A stretch of 64,000 bases of DNA. It comes from the human T2T-CHM13v2.0 reference genome, Homo sapiens. Positions 19,491 to 34,100 of the stretch are shown one piece after another. Position 1 is the first letter of the stretch; each line of letters starts with the position of its first letter. Both the position numbers and the translations under genes were made by a program. Where the stretch lies: the NCBI RefSeq assembly GCF_009914755.1, contig NC_060946.1, one strand, 5' to 3'. Below the pieces are notes generated by a model that was given only the letters and a program-made list of their open reading frames with translations, was not told where the DNA came from and searched no databases.

Positions 19491-19727
19491 ACCCTCCTCC
19501 TTTCTTACCTTCCTAACCCATTCCCAGCATATGCTACTCTCATCACTCAATGGGGAGGCGACCTGAGGAATCTGTTAGAAAGTTCAAGCCTTTTGAAGGG
19601 TAAGAGAGCACCCGTTAGAAAGAAGAGACCCCTGTCCTTTTTGGAGCAAAAAATGAAAGTGGGCTCAAAGGGTGGGCCCTCTGGGTACCTGACATTTGCA
19701 AACAGTGATATACATTGTTGTATATAG

Positions 19728-20038
<311 letters not shown>

Positions 20039-20059
20039 ACATATTTTCAGATGGTAGTA

Positions 20060-20290
20060 ACTCACTACTGCAAGCACTGATGGCTCCTGCTCAGTTTCCA
20101 TTCCTCTCACTCTCTTCTGGGAGAGACCACCTTTCACAACAGAAACTGAACATAACTGCCCGCTTTCTCAGACTCCCCTTGCAGATATGGCAAGAACATA
20201 TAAGTCTGCACAGGCCAGTAGGGCTAAAGAAGAAGTTTCAGGATGTTTCTGGGAAGAATTTCTTCTCTAATGAAGAGAGAAGCACTTAGG
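20060..20290 (+). mobile_element. Old LTR fragment (MLT1/ERVL-like)
   Basis: 'tttctcagactccccttgcagat...tttctgggaaga' resembles old MaLR/ERVL LTRs. Confidence 0.4.
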
Positions 20291-20365
20291 ATGCCTCATT
20301 GTCACACAGCTGGTAAGTGGTCCTGACCTAGGTTTGTTAAACTGGTATCTGTAACTATCAGTTAC

Positions 20366-20718
20366 TGATATGGTTTGGCTGTGTCCCCACCGAAATCTCA
20401 TCTTGAATTATACTCCTATAATTCCCACGTGTTGTGGGAGGGATCCGGTAGGAGATAATTGAATTGGGGGCAGGTCTCGCTCATGCTGTTCTCCTGATAG
20501 TGAATAAGTCTCACGAGATCTGATGGCTTTATAAGGTGGAGTTTTCCCGCGCAAGCTCTCTTTGCCTCCTCCGTTTTGCCTGCTTCTCTATGGCTGCTGC
20601 CATGATTATGAGGCTTCCCCAGCCACATGGAACTGTAAGTCCAATTAAACTTCTTTCTTTTATAAATTGCCCAGTCTCGGGTATGTCTGTATCAGCAGCG
20701 TGAAAATAGACTAATACC
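20366..20718 (+). mobile_element. THE1 solo LTR
   Basis: Starts 'tgatatggtttggctgtgtccccac', ends 'gactaatac'; 5-bp TSD gttac/gttgc. Confidence 0.95.
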
Positions 20719-20778
20719 GTTGCTTTGTGAATGCTTGGAGTACTGGAATTTCTGAGTTGAATGCTAATTTAGAAGTTA

Positions 20779-21075
20779 AGCTGGGCGCGGTGGCTCCTGC
20801 CTGTAATCTCAACACTTTGGGAGGCGGAGGTTGGGAGACTGCTTGAGCCCAGGAGTTCAAAACCAGCCTGGGAAACATGGTGAAACCCATCTCTACCAAA
20901 AATACAAAAAAATTAGCCCCGGAGTGGTGGTGTGCACCTATAGTCCCAGTTACTCAGGAGGGTGAGGTAGGATCGCTTGAGCCCAGGAGGCCAAGGAGCC
21001 AAGACTGTGCCACTGCACTCCAGCCTGGGTGACAGAGTGAGACCCTGTCTCAAAAATAAATAAAATAAAGTAAAA
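20779..21075 (+). mobile_element. AluJ
   Basis: 'gcttgagcccaggagttcaa' J-type dimer with taaaa tail. Confidence 0.9.
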
Positions 21076-21711
21076 GTCCCTAGGAAGCAAAAGTTTGACT
21101 CAACTTTTTTCTTTATTTTTAAAAATTGTTTTATTCCCCTCTACAGTTTTTGAGTTCTTCTTGAAAGATAGCTTTGTCCTATCAGACCTGGTTAAGAGAG
21201 ACAGCTTTTGAGAGGCATGGTAGTACTTATCAGGTCTGGAACCATGAGGAAGGACAGGGGAAAAATCAAGAAGCAAAAGGTTGAGCCCAGTGTGGGCCCA
21301 CCTGAGTCTTCTGTCTTATTCCCTCTGATTGTGAAGTTGGTATCATTTCTCTGACCTGGAGGTTAGCAGCTGGGCTGTCAGCAAGCTTCAGGCGGCAGCC
21401 CTTGGCACCAGCCTAGAGCAAGCACTGGGGGTTTGTCTGCAGAAACAACTGCTGAAAGCAATTGTGGGACACCTTCAAATTGACAACATGAGAGATGGTG
21501 CAAATTAATAGTGCAGTGCCTTCATCTGGGGTGTAAGGGAGGCAATGAGAGAGAATAATCAGCGAAGCTTGAGCTGGGTGAGGTCAATTATAGAAGGTAA
21601 TATGCAAGACGTAAGCTTGGAGTTGGGAACTCAGAAAAATCACAGAATGTTTTTGATCCAGGAGGGGATATTGGAGATTTTCACATTTGGAGTGTTTCAA
21701 TCCAAATTATA

Positions 21712-21935
21712 ATTTAAAGGGAGACACACCTTTTTTGTGAAGGGCTCAATAGCCAATCGTTTTGGCTTTGTTGGCCATAAGTCTCCGTCACAACTGCTTG
21801 GCTCTGCCACTGTAGTGCAAAAACAGCCATAGATAATGTATAAATGAACAGGCATGGCTGTGTTCCAATAAAGCTTTATTAACAAAAATAAATGGTGGGC
21901 CAGCTTGGTCTGTGAGATGTAGTTTGCCAAGCCAT
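21712..21935 (-). mobile_element. MER58A (opposite orientation to 12262-12483)
   Basis: 'ggcatggctgtgttccaataaagctttatt'. Confidence 0.85.
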
Positions 21936-22099
21936 AATATAGGATCCTGAAAAGACAGAGATACACTATCTCCTCTATGCAAGGCACTGTCCAAACCCTG
22001 GAAATATAAAGAAGAAAAAAGTCGTGGGCTGACCTATTTTTTTTAAGGATTTTATAGTTTCTTCCCTCCGGTTACCCTCACTTTTTTATCTCAATCACC

Positions 22100-22500
22100 A
22101 TCACCACCAGTCCTTTGCATTAAGCATCTTCTATAGGTCGACTCTATCCTAGGAGCTTTATATGTGTTATTTTTAAACTTCAGTCTCACGACATAGGTAT
22201 TATTATCTCCATTTTACTGACTGAAGAAATCAGAGCTGCAGCTTGTCCAAAACGCTGAAGCTCATAGGTGCTAAAGCTGGAATATAAATATCAGTCTTTC
22301 TTATTTCAAAGTACCTGCTTATTCTAAGAGGCATTATGGATTCAGAAGAGGGAATCTGGAGCTAGGCTTCCTGGAAGTGAATTCCGACCTATGACTTTGG
22401 GCAAGTGATCTAACTTTTCTGTGACTCATTTTCCTCATCTCTAAAATGGAGACAATAGAAGCACTTCTTTGGGTATGTGATGGTGAATTAGCTAAGTACA
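22100..22500. mobile_element. Two adjacent MIRs in opposite orientation
   Basis: Minus-strand MIR ('tattatctccattttactga') followed by plus-strand MIR ('ttgggcaagtgatctaac...ttcctcatctctaaaatgga'). Confidence 0.7.
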
Positions 22501-22533
22501 TCTCAACATCCTACAATGAACAGGGTAGCACCT

Positions 22534-22932
22534 TGATAGAGTTTGGATATTTATCCCTGCCCAAATCTCATGTTAAATTGTAATTCCCATGCTGGAGGTG
22601 GGGCCTGGTGGGAGGTTGGTTCATAAGATCATAAGCTCATGACAAGCTTGGTGCTGTCTTTGTGATAGTGAGTTCTCATGAGATCTGGTCATTTAAAAGT
22701 GTGTGGCACCTCCTCCCACCCTCTCTCTTGCTCCTGCTTTCACCATGTGAAGTACCGGCTCCTGCTTTGCCTTCTGCTCTGAGAAAAAGCTTCCTGAGGC
22801 CTCCCCAGAAGCAGATGCTGGTGCCATGCTTCCTGTACAGCCTGTAGAACTCTGAGCCAATTAAACCTGTTTTCTTAAAAATTACCCAGTCTCAGGTATT
22901 TGTTTATAGCAATGCAAGAACAGACTAATACT
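22534..22932 (+). mobile_element. MSTA-like solo LTR
   Basis: 'tgatagagtttggatatttatccctgcccaaatctcatg...gcaagaacagactaatac'. Confidence 0.9.
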
Positions 22933-23969
22933 CTCATCCCAATAAGAAAGAATGATCTGGCCCTAAATGTCAGTATCACCAAGGTTTAGAAATACCCCTG
23001 CAATATTTTGAACAATGAGGAGAGATAGGGGCTGAGAGTGATTTATCTTCTCTCAGAGTTGTTTAGGGGTAAAGCTAGGACAAGAATCCGTATCTATAGC
23101 ATCCATGTCCTGAACCGTTTCTTCACCCCTACATTGCCACAGGGACAACTGCAGTGAGTAGTGGTGATCCAGATAGTGGGAACTATATGTGCAAAATGAT
23201 CGGAAGCAGGAAGAAACAGTACAAAGTTTCTGTCTGGGACAAAGCAACCTGACTCTCTTGATTTGGATAGTCACTCATTGTAGGGGAGTCACAAGGAGCA
23301 AGTGAGGGAGGTGGAAAGTGGCTCCTGGTTAAGAGCTCAGAGTTTGTGAAGAGGCAAAGGGAGCCATGGTGGGTGTTTGAGCAGAGGAGTGATGCCTCCT
23401 GTTAAAACCAGGGAGGATCTGGCTGTGCAGGACGAGACTGGCATCTGTTAGATCAGCTGGCAGGGGACTGCAGTACTCTTCTCTGAAGGCCTGAGGCTCC
23501 AGACAAGATGGACAAGGTAAGGGAAGAGATGGCTCTCAGACATCTAGCGGAGGGGCCTCTTTGCAGCTCATAGATGGTACGTGCTCTGCCTTTGATCAGA
23601 GCCGAATAGGAGCTGACGACCTCCGACCATGTGTGCCAACCTTCCTCTGCACAGCCCCAAGTGATTCGGTGTCTGCTAATGAGATTTTCTGGAGGGCCGT
23701 TAAAGATTATTAAAAAGCAGTTTTTGCAAACCTAATATTAGCTTTTAAGTAGTTAGCAGGGATGAGCCCTTGCCACTCAGTGTTAACCAAAGCAAGTGAT
23801 GACCTGCCACTCAGGAAACAGAGGGAGGCAATAGTAATCCCTCAGGTCCCAATGACAACGGGGGTGCTTCTGAGGCAATTCTATCACATTTATTTCTATG
23901 TGATCCACAAAATGTTCTTTGAACAATCTTTTTGTTGTTAGAAATGTGCTAATCACTAGAGAATAATAC

Positions 23970-24700
23970 TAAGTGATGATAGTAATAAGAGTAGAAAATT
24001 TACTGAGTACCTACTCTATCTTAGGAACTATACTAAGTACTTTATATAAACACTGTCGCTAATCCTGTAACTCAGCTGCAAAGTAAGTACAATTAACCCT
24101 GTTTTCCACACGAGAATTTTGAGATGAAAAAACTAAAATGCAGATCCTTAGAGTCTCACTATCTAATGGGCCAAATGCTTAAACAGATGAACGTTATGTC
24201 ATATGCTAAGAGTGGAAATATGCAGTCATACTTGCTAACATTTATTGAATGTGCCAGGTACTGTTCTACTTTTCTTTCCAGGTAAGAGCTCATTTATTTC
24301 TCACGAAACACTATAAGGTGGTTACTATAATCTCTGTTTTCCAGATATGGAAAGTGAGTCAGAAAGCAGTTATAACAAACTTGCCTAAAATTAGACAACT
24401 ACTCAGAGGACAAGAAGGATACAAACTCAGTTATCAAGTTAGTTAATTGACTTAACATTCATTTTATTTACCTACATAATAAGCCTAACAAAAATAATTA
24501 TCTGCGAAGGTTGTTAAAATGGTTTCAACTATCTGATCCACATAAAATATTTAGCAGAATTCCTGGCATATTTTGCACGATTTATAACAGCCTCACCTGG
24601 TCTGTTTTGTTCACTGTTTATTCTCAGTGCCCAGAACATTGCCTGGCACGAAATAGATCTTCATTAAATATGTACTGAATATGTGTTAAAATGTCAGCTA
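23970..24700. mobile_element. Cluster of MIR and L2 3'-end fragments
   Basis: 'atttactgagtacctact', 'ttccagatatggaaagtgagtc', 'gtgcccagaacattgcctggcac'. Confidence 0.6.
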
Positions 24701-25839
24701 TTGTTATTGTTACTGAGGAAAGAGGAAGCATAGCTTTACATCACAATGCCTGAAGTCGTTTGACATGGCAACAAAGAGTAAGTAGTGCTGGAGTAAGACA
24801 AGACAAGCATGGGGGAGACTTCTGTGACTTACATAATCTATAGGATGGCTGAGATGCTGCAGGTGCAAAACAGCATCCCAAGCTTGGGAAAGTTATCTTG
24901 AGGTGTCTGGGGGAAGAGATGTGTATATAGCAGAGGTGGTTACTATAGAAGTCAACACGTTCGCTAGCAGAGGAGGCGGGAACCTGGGGTAGAAGAATTC
25001 TGTGCTGAGAACAAAGGCTGGGTCTCCTCTGCAGAGGTTGTGTCTCTCTATGGCCTTAGGAGAAAGGCAGCCAGTGAGAGGAGAAGAAAATAGGAAGGGT
25101 ATCTTTGGAACTGGAGAGATTGACTCAGAAGTCCAAGGTGGAGAGTTTCAAAAATGAGGTTATCAACAATGTCAGACACTGCAGAGTTCTATTTTAGGAC
25201 TCAGCTGCACAAGGGATAGCTCACAATGTCTGATCTAGGGTAGCACATATAAACACGTGTTGTGTGAACTTGCTGAAGGTCACAGAGTAAGTGATAGGTT
25301 CAGGGCTTGGACTCCAGTGTTTAATTCTCAAGCCTCTGTTCTTAACATTATTTCTATCTGTTTCTATCCTTATGTCACCTCTCAATGCCTCCCTTGACTT
25401 TTGAGCTTGCATATCCCTTGAGCAGACCTCTCCTTTGTGCCCTTGATTCTTCCTGGAATGCTCATCCTTCTCTACATATGTTAGATCAATTATTTTTTTG
25501 TAATTTTTAAAAGGATTGGTCTTTCATTATGAAGTAATATCTGATTCTTCCCAGCTGTAAGTCATTACTTGTATTTTCTTCATCTTCTCGTTTTATTTCT
25601 TTTATAGCACTGATCTCATTCTGCCCTTTATTACACACTTGTCTATTTTTTTTGACCCACTTGGGGCCCTTGAGGGCAGGATGGTGCTCTTTATCTTGGT
25701 GTCTCCCATGATAACGTAGCAGAGTGCTTTTGATGTAGCATGGGATCGATAGCGCTTGTTAAGTTGAAATAAGACATAAACCAAGTGTATTTCTCTCCAT
25801 CTGTTGCCTCCAAACTGGTCTTTAGAGATTCCTGTAGTC

Positions 25840-27030
25840 TATAGATCTAACATTTACATAAAATTTAAAGGAGACTCAAAAAATACTCTTGGACAAAAAG
25901 ATGCATGAAAGAGTGCAAAAAAGTATATGTAGATCAATAGGGCACTAGTTAAACTTTGATATATTCACAGCTGTAACAAGGAGTGTGCTTATAAACAGCT
26001 GCGGAGTGATCTTCAGATTACATTCTGGATTAAACCAAATAAACAGAGTGGAGAAAAAGATGCATGACTTAAAGTGGGGGTGAATAAATAAATTATATAT
26101 GTATATTTATATTTATGATGGGGAGATAAACCAAAAACAAATAGAAAAGGTATTACATATCTATAAGGTCAGTGAAGAAACAAGGTAAGAAGGATGGGGA
26201 AGGAGCAAAATATCTCTGAATATGCCTGGCTTTATAGATTCACCTCTGGAACCAGGAAGATGTTTTACATAATCACAAAGCAAAATCAAATTTACAAAAT
26301 AGCTATTTGTAAAAATTGAAGTCAAAGTGAAAGAAATAAGCGTAACTGTGTGTGTTGGGATTATGGCCTAACCAAATAGAGAATTATTTCAAGTGATTTT
26401 GAAACACAGTAATTTTACTGCATCTCTAGTGGGATATACTCTGTGGATAAAAATATCTATAAAATAAATTTAAGCATCTGCAGTAGTCAGTGTTGATGTA
26501 GTGCTGATCTTGTTGATTATTCTGATACTTGTGAACATTGTGAGATAAGTACTTACTTTATTGAGAACCAGAATTATTAGTGTAGAGGAAAGGATATAAA
26601 AGTGTCAGATTGAAGAGATTAAGTGAAAATTCTGTAGTCCCGAATTTGACTTGGAATTCATTAAGCAATTCATAATGAATTTCTCCATTTAAACCAACAA
26701 TGACAACCACACCTATGTTCCAGCCCAAACCACTGATAGAGCCTAGATACAGTGACGTACCCTGCAACAGTGAACTCCCCTAGCAATCATAATGTGGTCT
26801 CTAAATACCTTTCCCAATAAAAGCAACTAGGAATCTCTAGAGAAGTATCTAGGTCTGGGAAAGACAATAAGATGTACCTGAAATCATCTTCCTGGAACCC
26901 AGGAAGCCATTATAACTTTATGGCAATGTGTCAAGAAGACATGGAAGCCACCTTCATGAGGCATTTATTGGCAAAATGAATAACTACAGAATATATTTAA
27001 ATCTGTATTCATAATGATATTTAAGCCCAA
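25840..27030 (+). mobile_element. L1MC/ME 3' UTR fragments
   Basis: A-rich sequence with 'agagaattatttcaagtgattttgaaacacagta', typical of L1MC4/ME 3' ends. Confidence 0.55.
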
Positions 27031-27347
27031 AGAATATTTTTATTTTTGATCAAGTCACTCTTTTGTCCAAACCTCTGCAATAGTTTCCCTTTTCACTCAA
27101 AATAAAAACCGAACTTTTTACCAAACCCCAAGGTCTAACTTGATTGGTCGCCATTCATTCTCTGAACTCATCTTCTGCTATTCCTTGCTCACTCTGGTTT
27201 AGCCCCACTGGCCTCATTCTCATCATTGGACATGCCAGGCACCCTCCTATCTCACAGCCTTCGCACTGGCTGTCCCCTGTCCTGAGATGTGCTTCCCTCC
27301 AGGTAGGTACATGGGATACCCTCTTCGGAAATAATCTCAAATGTCAC

Positions 27348-28188
<841 letters not shown>

Positions 28189-29239
28189 GTCATTTTTAAG
28201 TGAGACCTTCTCTGGTCACCCCTATCTAAAATTGTGGGGCCTCCCCTAACACCCTCACCTCACTTTCCTCCTTGTTTCCTTAACACTGACCAGCATCTAA
28301 CATATATATTTTACTCATTAAAAGGTAACTGTCTCATTCCACTGGAATATGAGCTCCAGCAGGGCAGGGAATTTTGTATCTTTTGTCCACTGCAGTATCT
28401 CTAACTCTACTAGGTACTCAATAAACATTTGTTGAATGAATGTTGGGGAAGTCTAGGTATTTTGGCTATAGGTACACAACTTCCTTTCTCCTTTTGGCAG
28501 ACTCATGTTGACTTAAGCATAGTTTTTTCCCCACATGAGGAGCAACATTGGTATAAACCAAAGAATCTCTACAAATAACTACAATTATCTTTATTTTACT
28601 ATTTTCTCCTAGGTTAGTGTGTTTTTTGTCTACTTAACTACTTACTATTCCTGTTCTTAATTCGTTTTTTCCAAGACTATTAGTTATCTTAGGGGATTCT
28701 TGACTTCCATTTCATGAAAGGGACAGAGCAGTCACTGCTGAGGCAGGGGGAGCAAAGATACCATTATATCCTCTGATTCATAACTATCACTGGCTCTTGT
28801 GGTAGAAAAAGCTCAAGCTTTTATAATTCTTGTCTGTCTTTATTTCCACCACCACCACCCTTGATTTCTCTGCAACAGTGCTTTCTGAAATCCATTAGTG
28901 AGTGGAAAAAACAATTTCCTTGAATATTACTAGGATTCTTAAAATACATAATAAAGGATAGAAGATACTCAAATTGTGTCAGGTAGTTTCAGTAAGTATT
29001 CTTTCCTGAAACTTTTGTTTCAGGTAAGTAAGTGCATGTGTTTGAGTATGTGGTGTGTTATGTCTTGAAATAAAAAACTGTTCTAGATAGACATTCTGTC
29101 TCCCTGACTCTCTCTGTTTCTCTGTCTCACTCTTCTCCCTCTTCCAGCTCCCTCATCTGAAACACAGCAAGCCATTGTTTAGAATGGACACTTGGGGCAC
29201 TCTGACTCCTCACTTAAATCTCTTAATGGTGCTCCTTGC

Positions 29240-29430
29240 CATTCTAGCACAAGCCAGCACCTGACCTTGCATATCAGTGTGCTCAGGGTACATCTGGGGA
29301 GATTGTTGAGAGGCACTTCCCAGGCCCTCTCCACCTTAGGGACACTGACTTGGTAGGGCTGCATTGAGGCTCAGCATAAGAATTTTTAGTTGACTCCATG
29401 GAGATTCTGATGCAGAGTCAAGAATCACGT
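29240..29430. mobile_element. MER5-like hAT-Charlie relic
   Basis: 'catctggggagattgttga...ggagattctgatgcagagtcaagaatcac'. Confidence 0.55.
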
Positions 29431-30229
29431 TTTATAAATATCTGGTTGCAAGAGGAAACGATGAAATCAATATGGGTATTTATATGGGTATGCCTGACTT
29501 TCCAATGTTACCCGTTCCTACTGGGATCCATATGTGACTTGAGATTGACAAACGTCACATCTGAGGAGATGAAGATGACTTTTTGCATTGAGGCAGCTTC
29601 CTTTTCTTCATGGAATTGCTAATTTGTTATTTCTTCCTCTTTCATTAGGAAAATTTTACTTGCACTAGCTTATAAAGAACTTATTCCCAAGTTTTGTTCC
29701 ATAATAACACCATTGTGGCTCTGCCTTCAAATATTTTGCACTGCGTGATTGTCCAATGATTGAGGATTTGATAAAAGTCTTGTGAAAAGCAGAGCCACAG
29801 ACCACATGGCAGATTCTATGAGGAAGATGGGATGTAAACTTTGGGGCGGGGGTGCTCTTGTCAGCCTTGGGCATTTGTTTTCCTGTTTTTTTTTTTCCCC
29901 TGCGCTGAGAATTAGATTCTGGTATCAAAGCAAAGCACCAATATTGGAAAAAAGTTATCTACCCATTTTAGGCTTAAAACTTTGCAGGGCAGATGGCAGG
30001 ACTGGTTAAGATAATGACTGAGCATACTTCAGATCCTCAAAAGTATTATATAAATACCTTATACTGGTAACTTTATGAATATATTACATTTGCTTCAATG
30101 CTTCATGGTCTAATTAATGCCCTAGAATTCCCAAACTCTTCTATTGATTATTTATTTATAGATATATGTTACCTTCAAAGCACAGTGAGGAGTGCCCAGC
30201 ATTGGCTAAGACTCATCTTGATATCAAAT

Positions 30230-30470
30230 AATGGTAATATACATCACTCTCTATTAAAATAATGCCAGACACCAATGTAAGCAGATGACATGTATTGACT
30301 CTTGTAATCCTCCACAGTCCTAGAGGTGATTACCATTATAAAACCTGTTTCAGTGCTGAGGAAATTAAACACAGTGAGGTAAGTAAATTGCTCCAGTTTA
30401 TAGAACTTGTGGCATTGATACTTGAACCCAAATAGTCATATTCCAAAGTCTGAGCTATCAACCACTAAGC
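30230..30470 (-). mobile_element. MIR
   Basis: 'tttcagtgctgaggaaattaaacacagtgaggtaagtaaattgctc'. Confidence 0.7.
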
Positions 30471-31184
30471 ACATTTCCTGTTAATGGAGTTTACTGTCTA
30501 GTTAGAGAAGACGATAGAATTTTTATGCAGGGTAAACAAAGGAGCAAACTTTTTTTTTCATGTATGAGGGGGAGTCATCAAAATAAAGTATTAATGGAGC
30601 ATGTACCTAACCACTGTTAAAGTTTTTATATTAGAACATGTATAATTGATTCCAGTGGATTGTTACCTTTCTGACAAGATGGTTAATAGTAGATCATAGA
30701 TATTTAGAATGTATCGGGGAGTTTTGCTCCCATTTCTGCTGGGTGGATATGAACTAGTTGGACTCAGTGAATCTCAGCTGGGCTTGCTCATGTGTTTGCG
30801 TTCAGTTGTAGGGTTGTTGGTTATTGGTAGGTTGGCTGGAGGGTGGCTAGTGCCAGCTGGCTTCATGTATCTGGTAGTTTGCTGGCTAGGAGCAATAAAG
30901 GTGACTGTGCCACATGTCTGCCATCATCCAGCAGGCCAGCTCAGAGTTCTTTACATGGCAGGCTAGCCCAGGCTTATTCAAATGGTGGCAGGTTTCAAGA
31001 GAAGCGAGAAAGGGCAAACCCCAGTGTACAAGTCTTTTGAAGAGGAATCTGTGGCCACCTTTGTGATCTGCCACAGTTTTCCCTTTGCAAAATTGTTTAC
31101 GTTTCACCCACATGCAAAATATGCTTGTCCCATCTCCAAACTCTCCAAAATATTATCCAATTACAGCATCAAGATTAAAGTCTA
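30391..31184 (+). repeat. Inverted duplication arm B1 (donor)
   Basis: Aligns to the reverse complement of 42674-43778 once the Alu is removed. Confidence 0.93.
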
Positions 31185-34100
31185 CGATGCACCCAACACT
31201 AGAGCATTTAAAAATATAAAGCAAACACTGATAGATTTAAAGGGAAAGATAGACAGAAATACAATGATAGTAGGAGACTTCAACATCTCAGTCTCAGTAA
31301 TGGACAGATCATCCAGACAGAAAATAGACAAACATTGGAGTTGTGCTACACACTAGACCAATAGACCTGACATTTGCAGAATATTTCACCCAACTGCTGC
31401 AGAATATACATTTTCTTCACCACATGGAACATTCTCCAGAATAGACCATTTCTTAGACCAGAAAACAAGTCTCAACAAATTCAAAAAGATAGAAATTATA
31501 TAAAATATTATATATAATAATGTTATATAAAATATTTTCTGAGCACAATGTAATAAAACTAGAAATCAGTATCAAAAAGAACCTTAGAAACTACACAAAC
31601 ACATGAAAATTAAACAACCTGTTTCCAAACAACCAATGGGTCAGTGAAGAAATTAAGAATAAAATTGAAACATATGTTAAAACAAATGAACATGAAAATA
31701 CAGTATACCAAAATCTATGGGATGCAGCACAAGCAGTGCTAGGAGGGAGGTTTGTAGCAATAAATGCCTACATCAAAAAAATGGGAGACTTCAAATAAAC
31801 AATCTGATATTACACGTCAAAGAACTAGAAAAACAAAGCAAAAACAAAATTAGTAATAGGAAAGAAACAGATCACAGGAGAAATAAAATTGAGACTAAAA
31901 AATACAGATCAATGAAACAAATTTTTTTAAAGATAAATTGGCAAACCTTTGGCTAGACTAAGAAAAGAACCAAATATAAAAATCATAAATGAAAATGAGA
32001 CATAACTGAGACCACAGAAATACAAAGAATTATTAGAGACTATTAAATAAACAACTATATGCCAACATATTGGATAAATTCCTGGGCACATACAACCTAC
32101 AAAGGCTAAACCATGAAGAAATAGAAAACCTCAAGAAACCAATAGTCAAAGCTGTAGTAAAATGTCTTCCATCAAAGAAAAGTCCATGACCTGATGGATT
32201 CCAATTCTACTCAATCTCTTCAAACCAACTGAAGAGAAGGGAATACTTCCAAACTCATTCTATGAGGCCAGCATCACTACCAAAACCAGACAAGAACACA
32301 ACAACAACAACAAAACTACAGGCCAGTATCACTGTAAAACACAAAATCGTAAGTCTAGCAAACCAACAGCGCATTAAAAAGATCATTCACCATGATCAAG
32401 TGGAATTTACCTCAGGGATACAAGGATGATTCAACATAAAATATATCACATCAACAGAACCAAGAAAAATAACCATGTGATCATTTGAATAGATGGTGAC
32501 AAAATGTGATAAAATTCAACAGTCCTTTATGATAAAAACCTCATCAAACTGAGTATAAAAGTAGCATACCTCAAAATAATAAAGGCAATATCTGACAAAT
32601 CCACAGCTAACATTGTACTGACCAGGGAAAACTTTTCCTCTAAGATCTAAAACAAGATAGGGACACGTACTTTTACTACTCTTATTGAGCATAATGCTGA
32701 AAATCCTGGTCAGAGCAATAAATCACACAAGAGAAAGAAAGGTCATCCAAATTAGAAAAGAAAAAAGTCAAACTATCCTTGTTTGCAGATGACATGATCT
32801 TATATTAAGAAAACTGTTAAGACTCTACAAATAACTCTTAGAACTGATAAATTCAGTAAAGTTGCCCAGTAAAAAAAAAAAAAAAACCCAACACACAAAA
32901 CTCAGTAGCATTTATATACACCAACAGTGAGCAATCTGAAAAAGATGTCAAGAAATCCCATTTATAATAGCTACAAAGAATTTAAGCAAAGGGTGTAAAG
33001 AACCCTTAGGATAATGGCCTCTAGTTCTGTATCCATGTTGCTGCAAAGAATATGATTTCATTATTTTTAAAGGCGGCATCGTATTCCATGATGTATATGT
33101 ACCAGAGTTACTTTATCCAATCCACCACTGATGGGCACCTAGGTTGATTCCGTGTCTTTGCTGTTGTGAATAGTGCTGCAATGAACACACAAGTGAATGT
33201 GTCTTTTTGGTAGAATGATTTATTTTCTTTTGGGTATATATCCAGTAGTGGGATTGCTGGTCAAATGGTAGTTCTATTTTAAGTCCTTTGAGAAATCGCC
33301 AAACTTCTATGCACAGTGGCTGAATTAATTTACGTTCCCACCAGCAGTGTATTAGTGTTCTTTTCTTTACAATCTTGCCAGCATCTGTTTTTTAACTTTT
33401 TAATAGTAGCTGTTCCGAAGTGAACTAACATAGGAACAGAAAATCAAATACTGCTTGTTCTCACTTATAAGTGGAAGCTAAACATGGAAAAATAATGGAC
33501 ACAAAGATGGAAACAACAGACACTGGGGACTGCTTGAGGGGCAGGGGCAGAGGGGGATATGGATTGGAAGGCTATGCTCACTACCTGGGTGAAGAGATTA
33601 TTTGTACATCAAGCTGTAGCAACATGCAATTTATGTAACAAACCTGCACATGTACCCCTGGCACATGACAGCAGAAAGACAAATCAGATTACACTAAGCT
33701 AAAAAGCTTCTGTACAGCAAAGGAAACAATCAACAAAGTGAAGGGACAACCCACAGAATGAGAGAAAATAGTTGCAAATTACCCATCTGACAAGGGATTA
33801 ATAACCAGAATATACAAGAAGCTCAAACAACTCAATAACAAAAAGCAAAGCATCCGGTTAAAATGTGGGCAAGATATCTGAATAGACATTTCTCAAAAGA
33901 AGACATACAAATGGCAAATAGGTATATGAAAAAAATGCTCAACATCACTCATCAGGGAAATGTAAACCAAAACTACAATGAGATATCATCTCACCCCAGT
34001 GAAAATGGCTTTTATTAAAAAGGGAATAATGGATGCTGGCAAAAATGTGGAGAAAGAGAGCTCTTGTACACTGTTGGTGAGAATGTAAATTAGTACAGCC

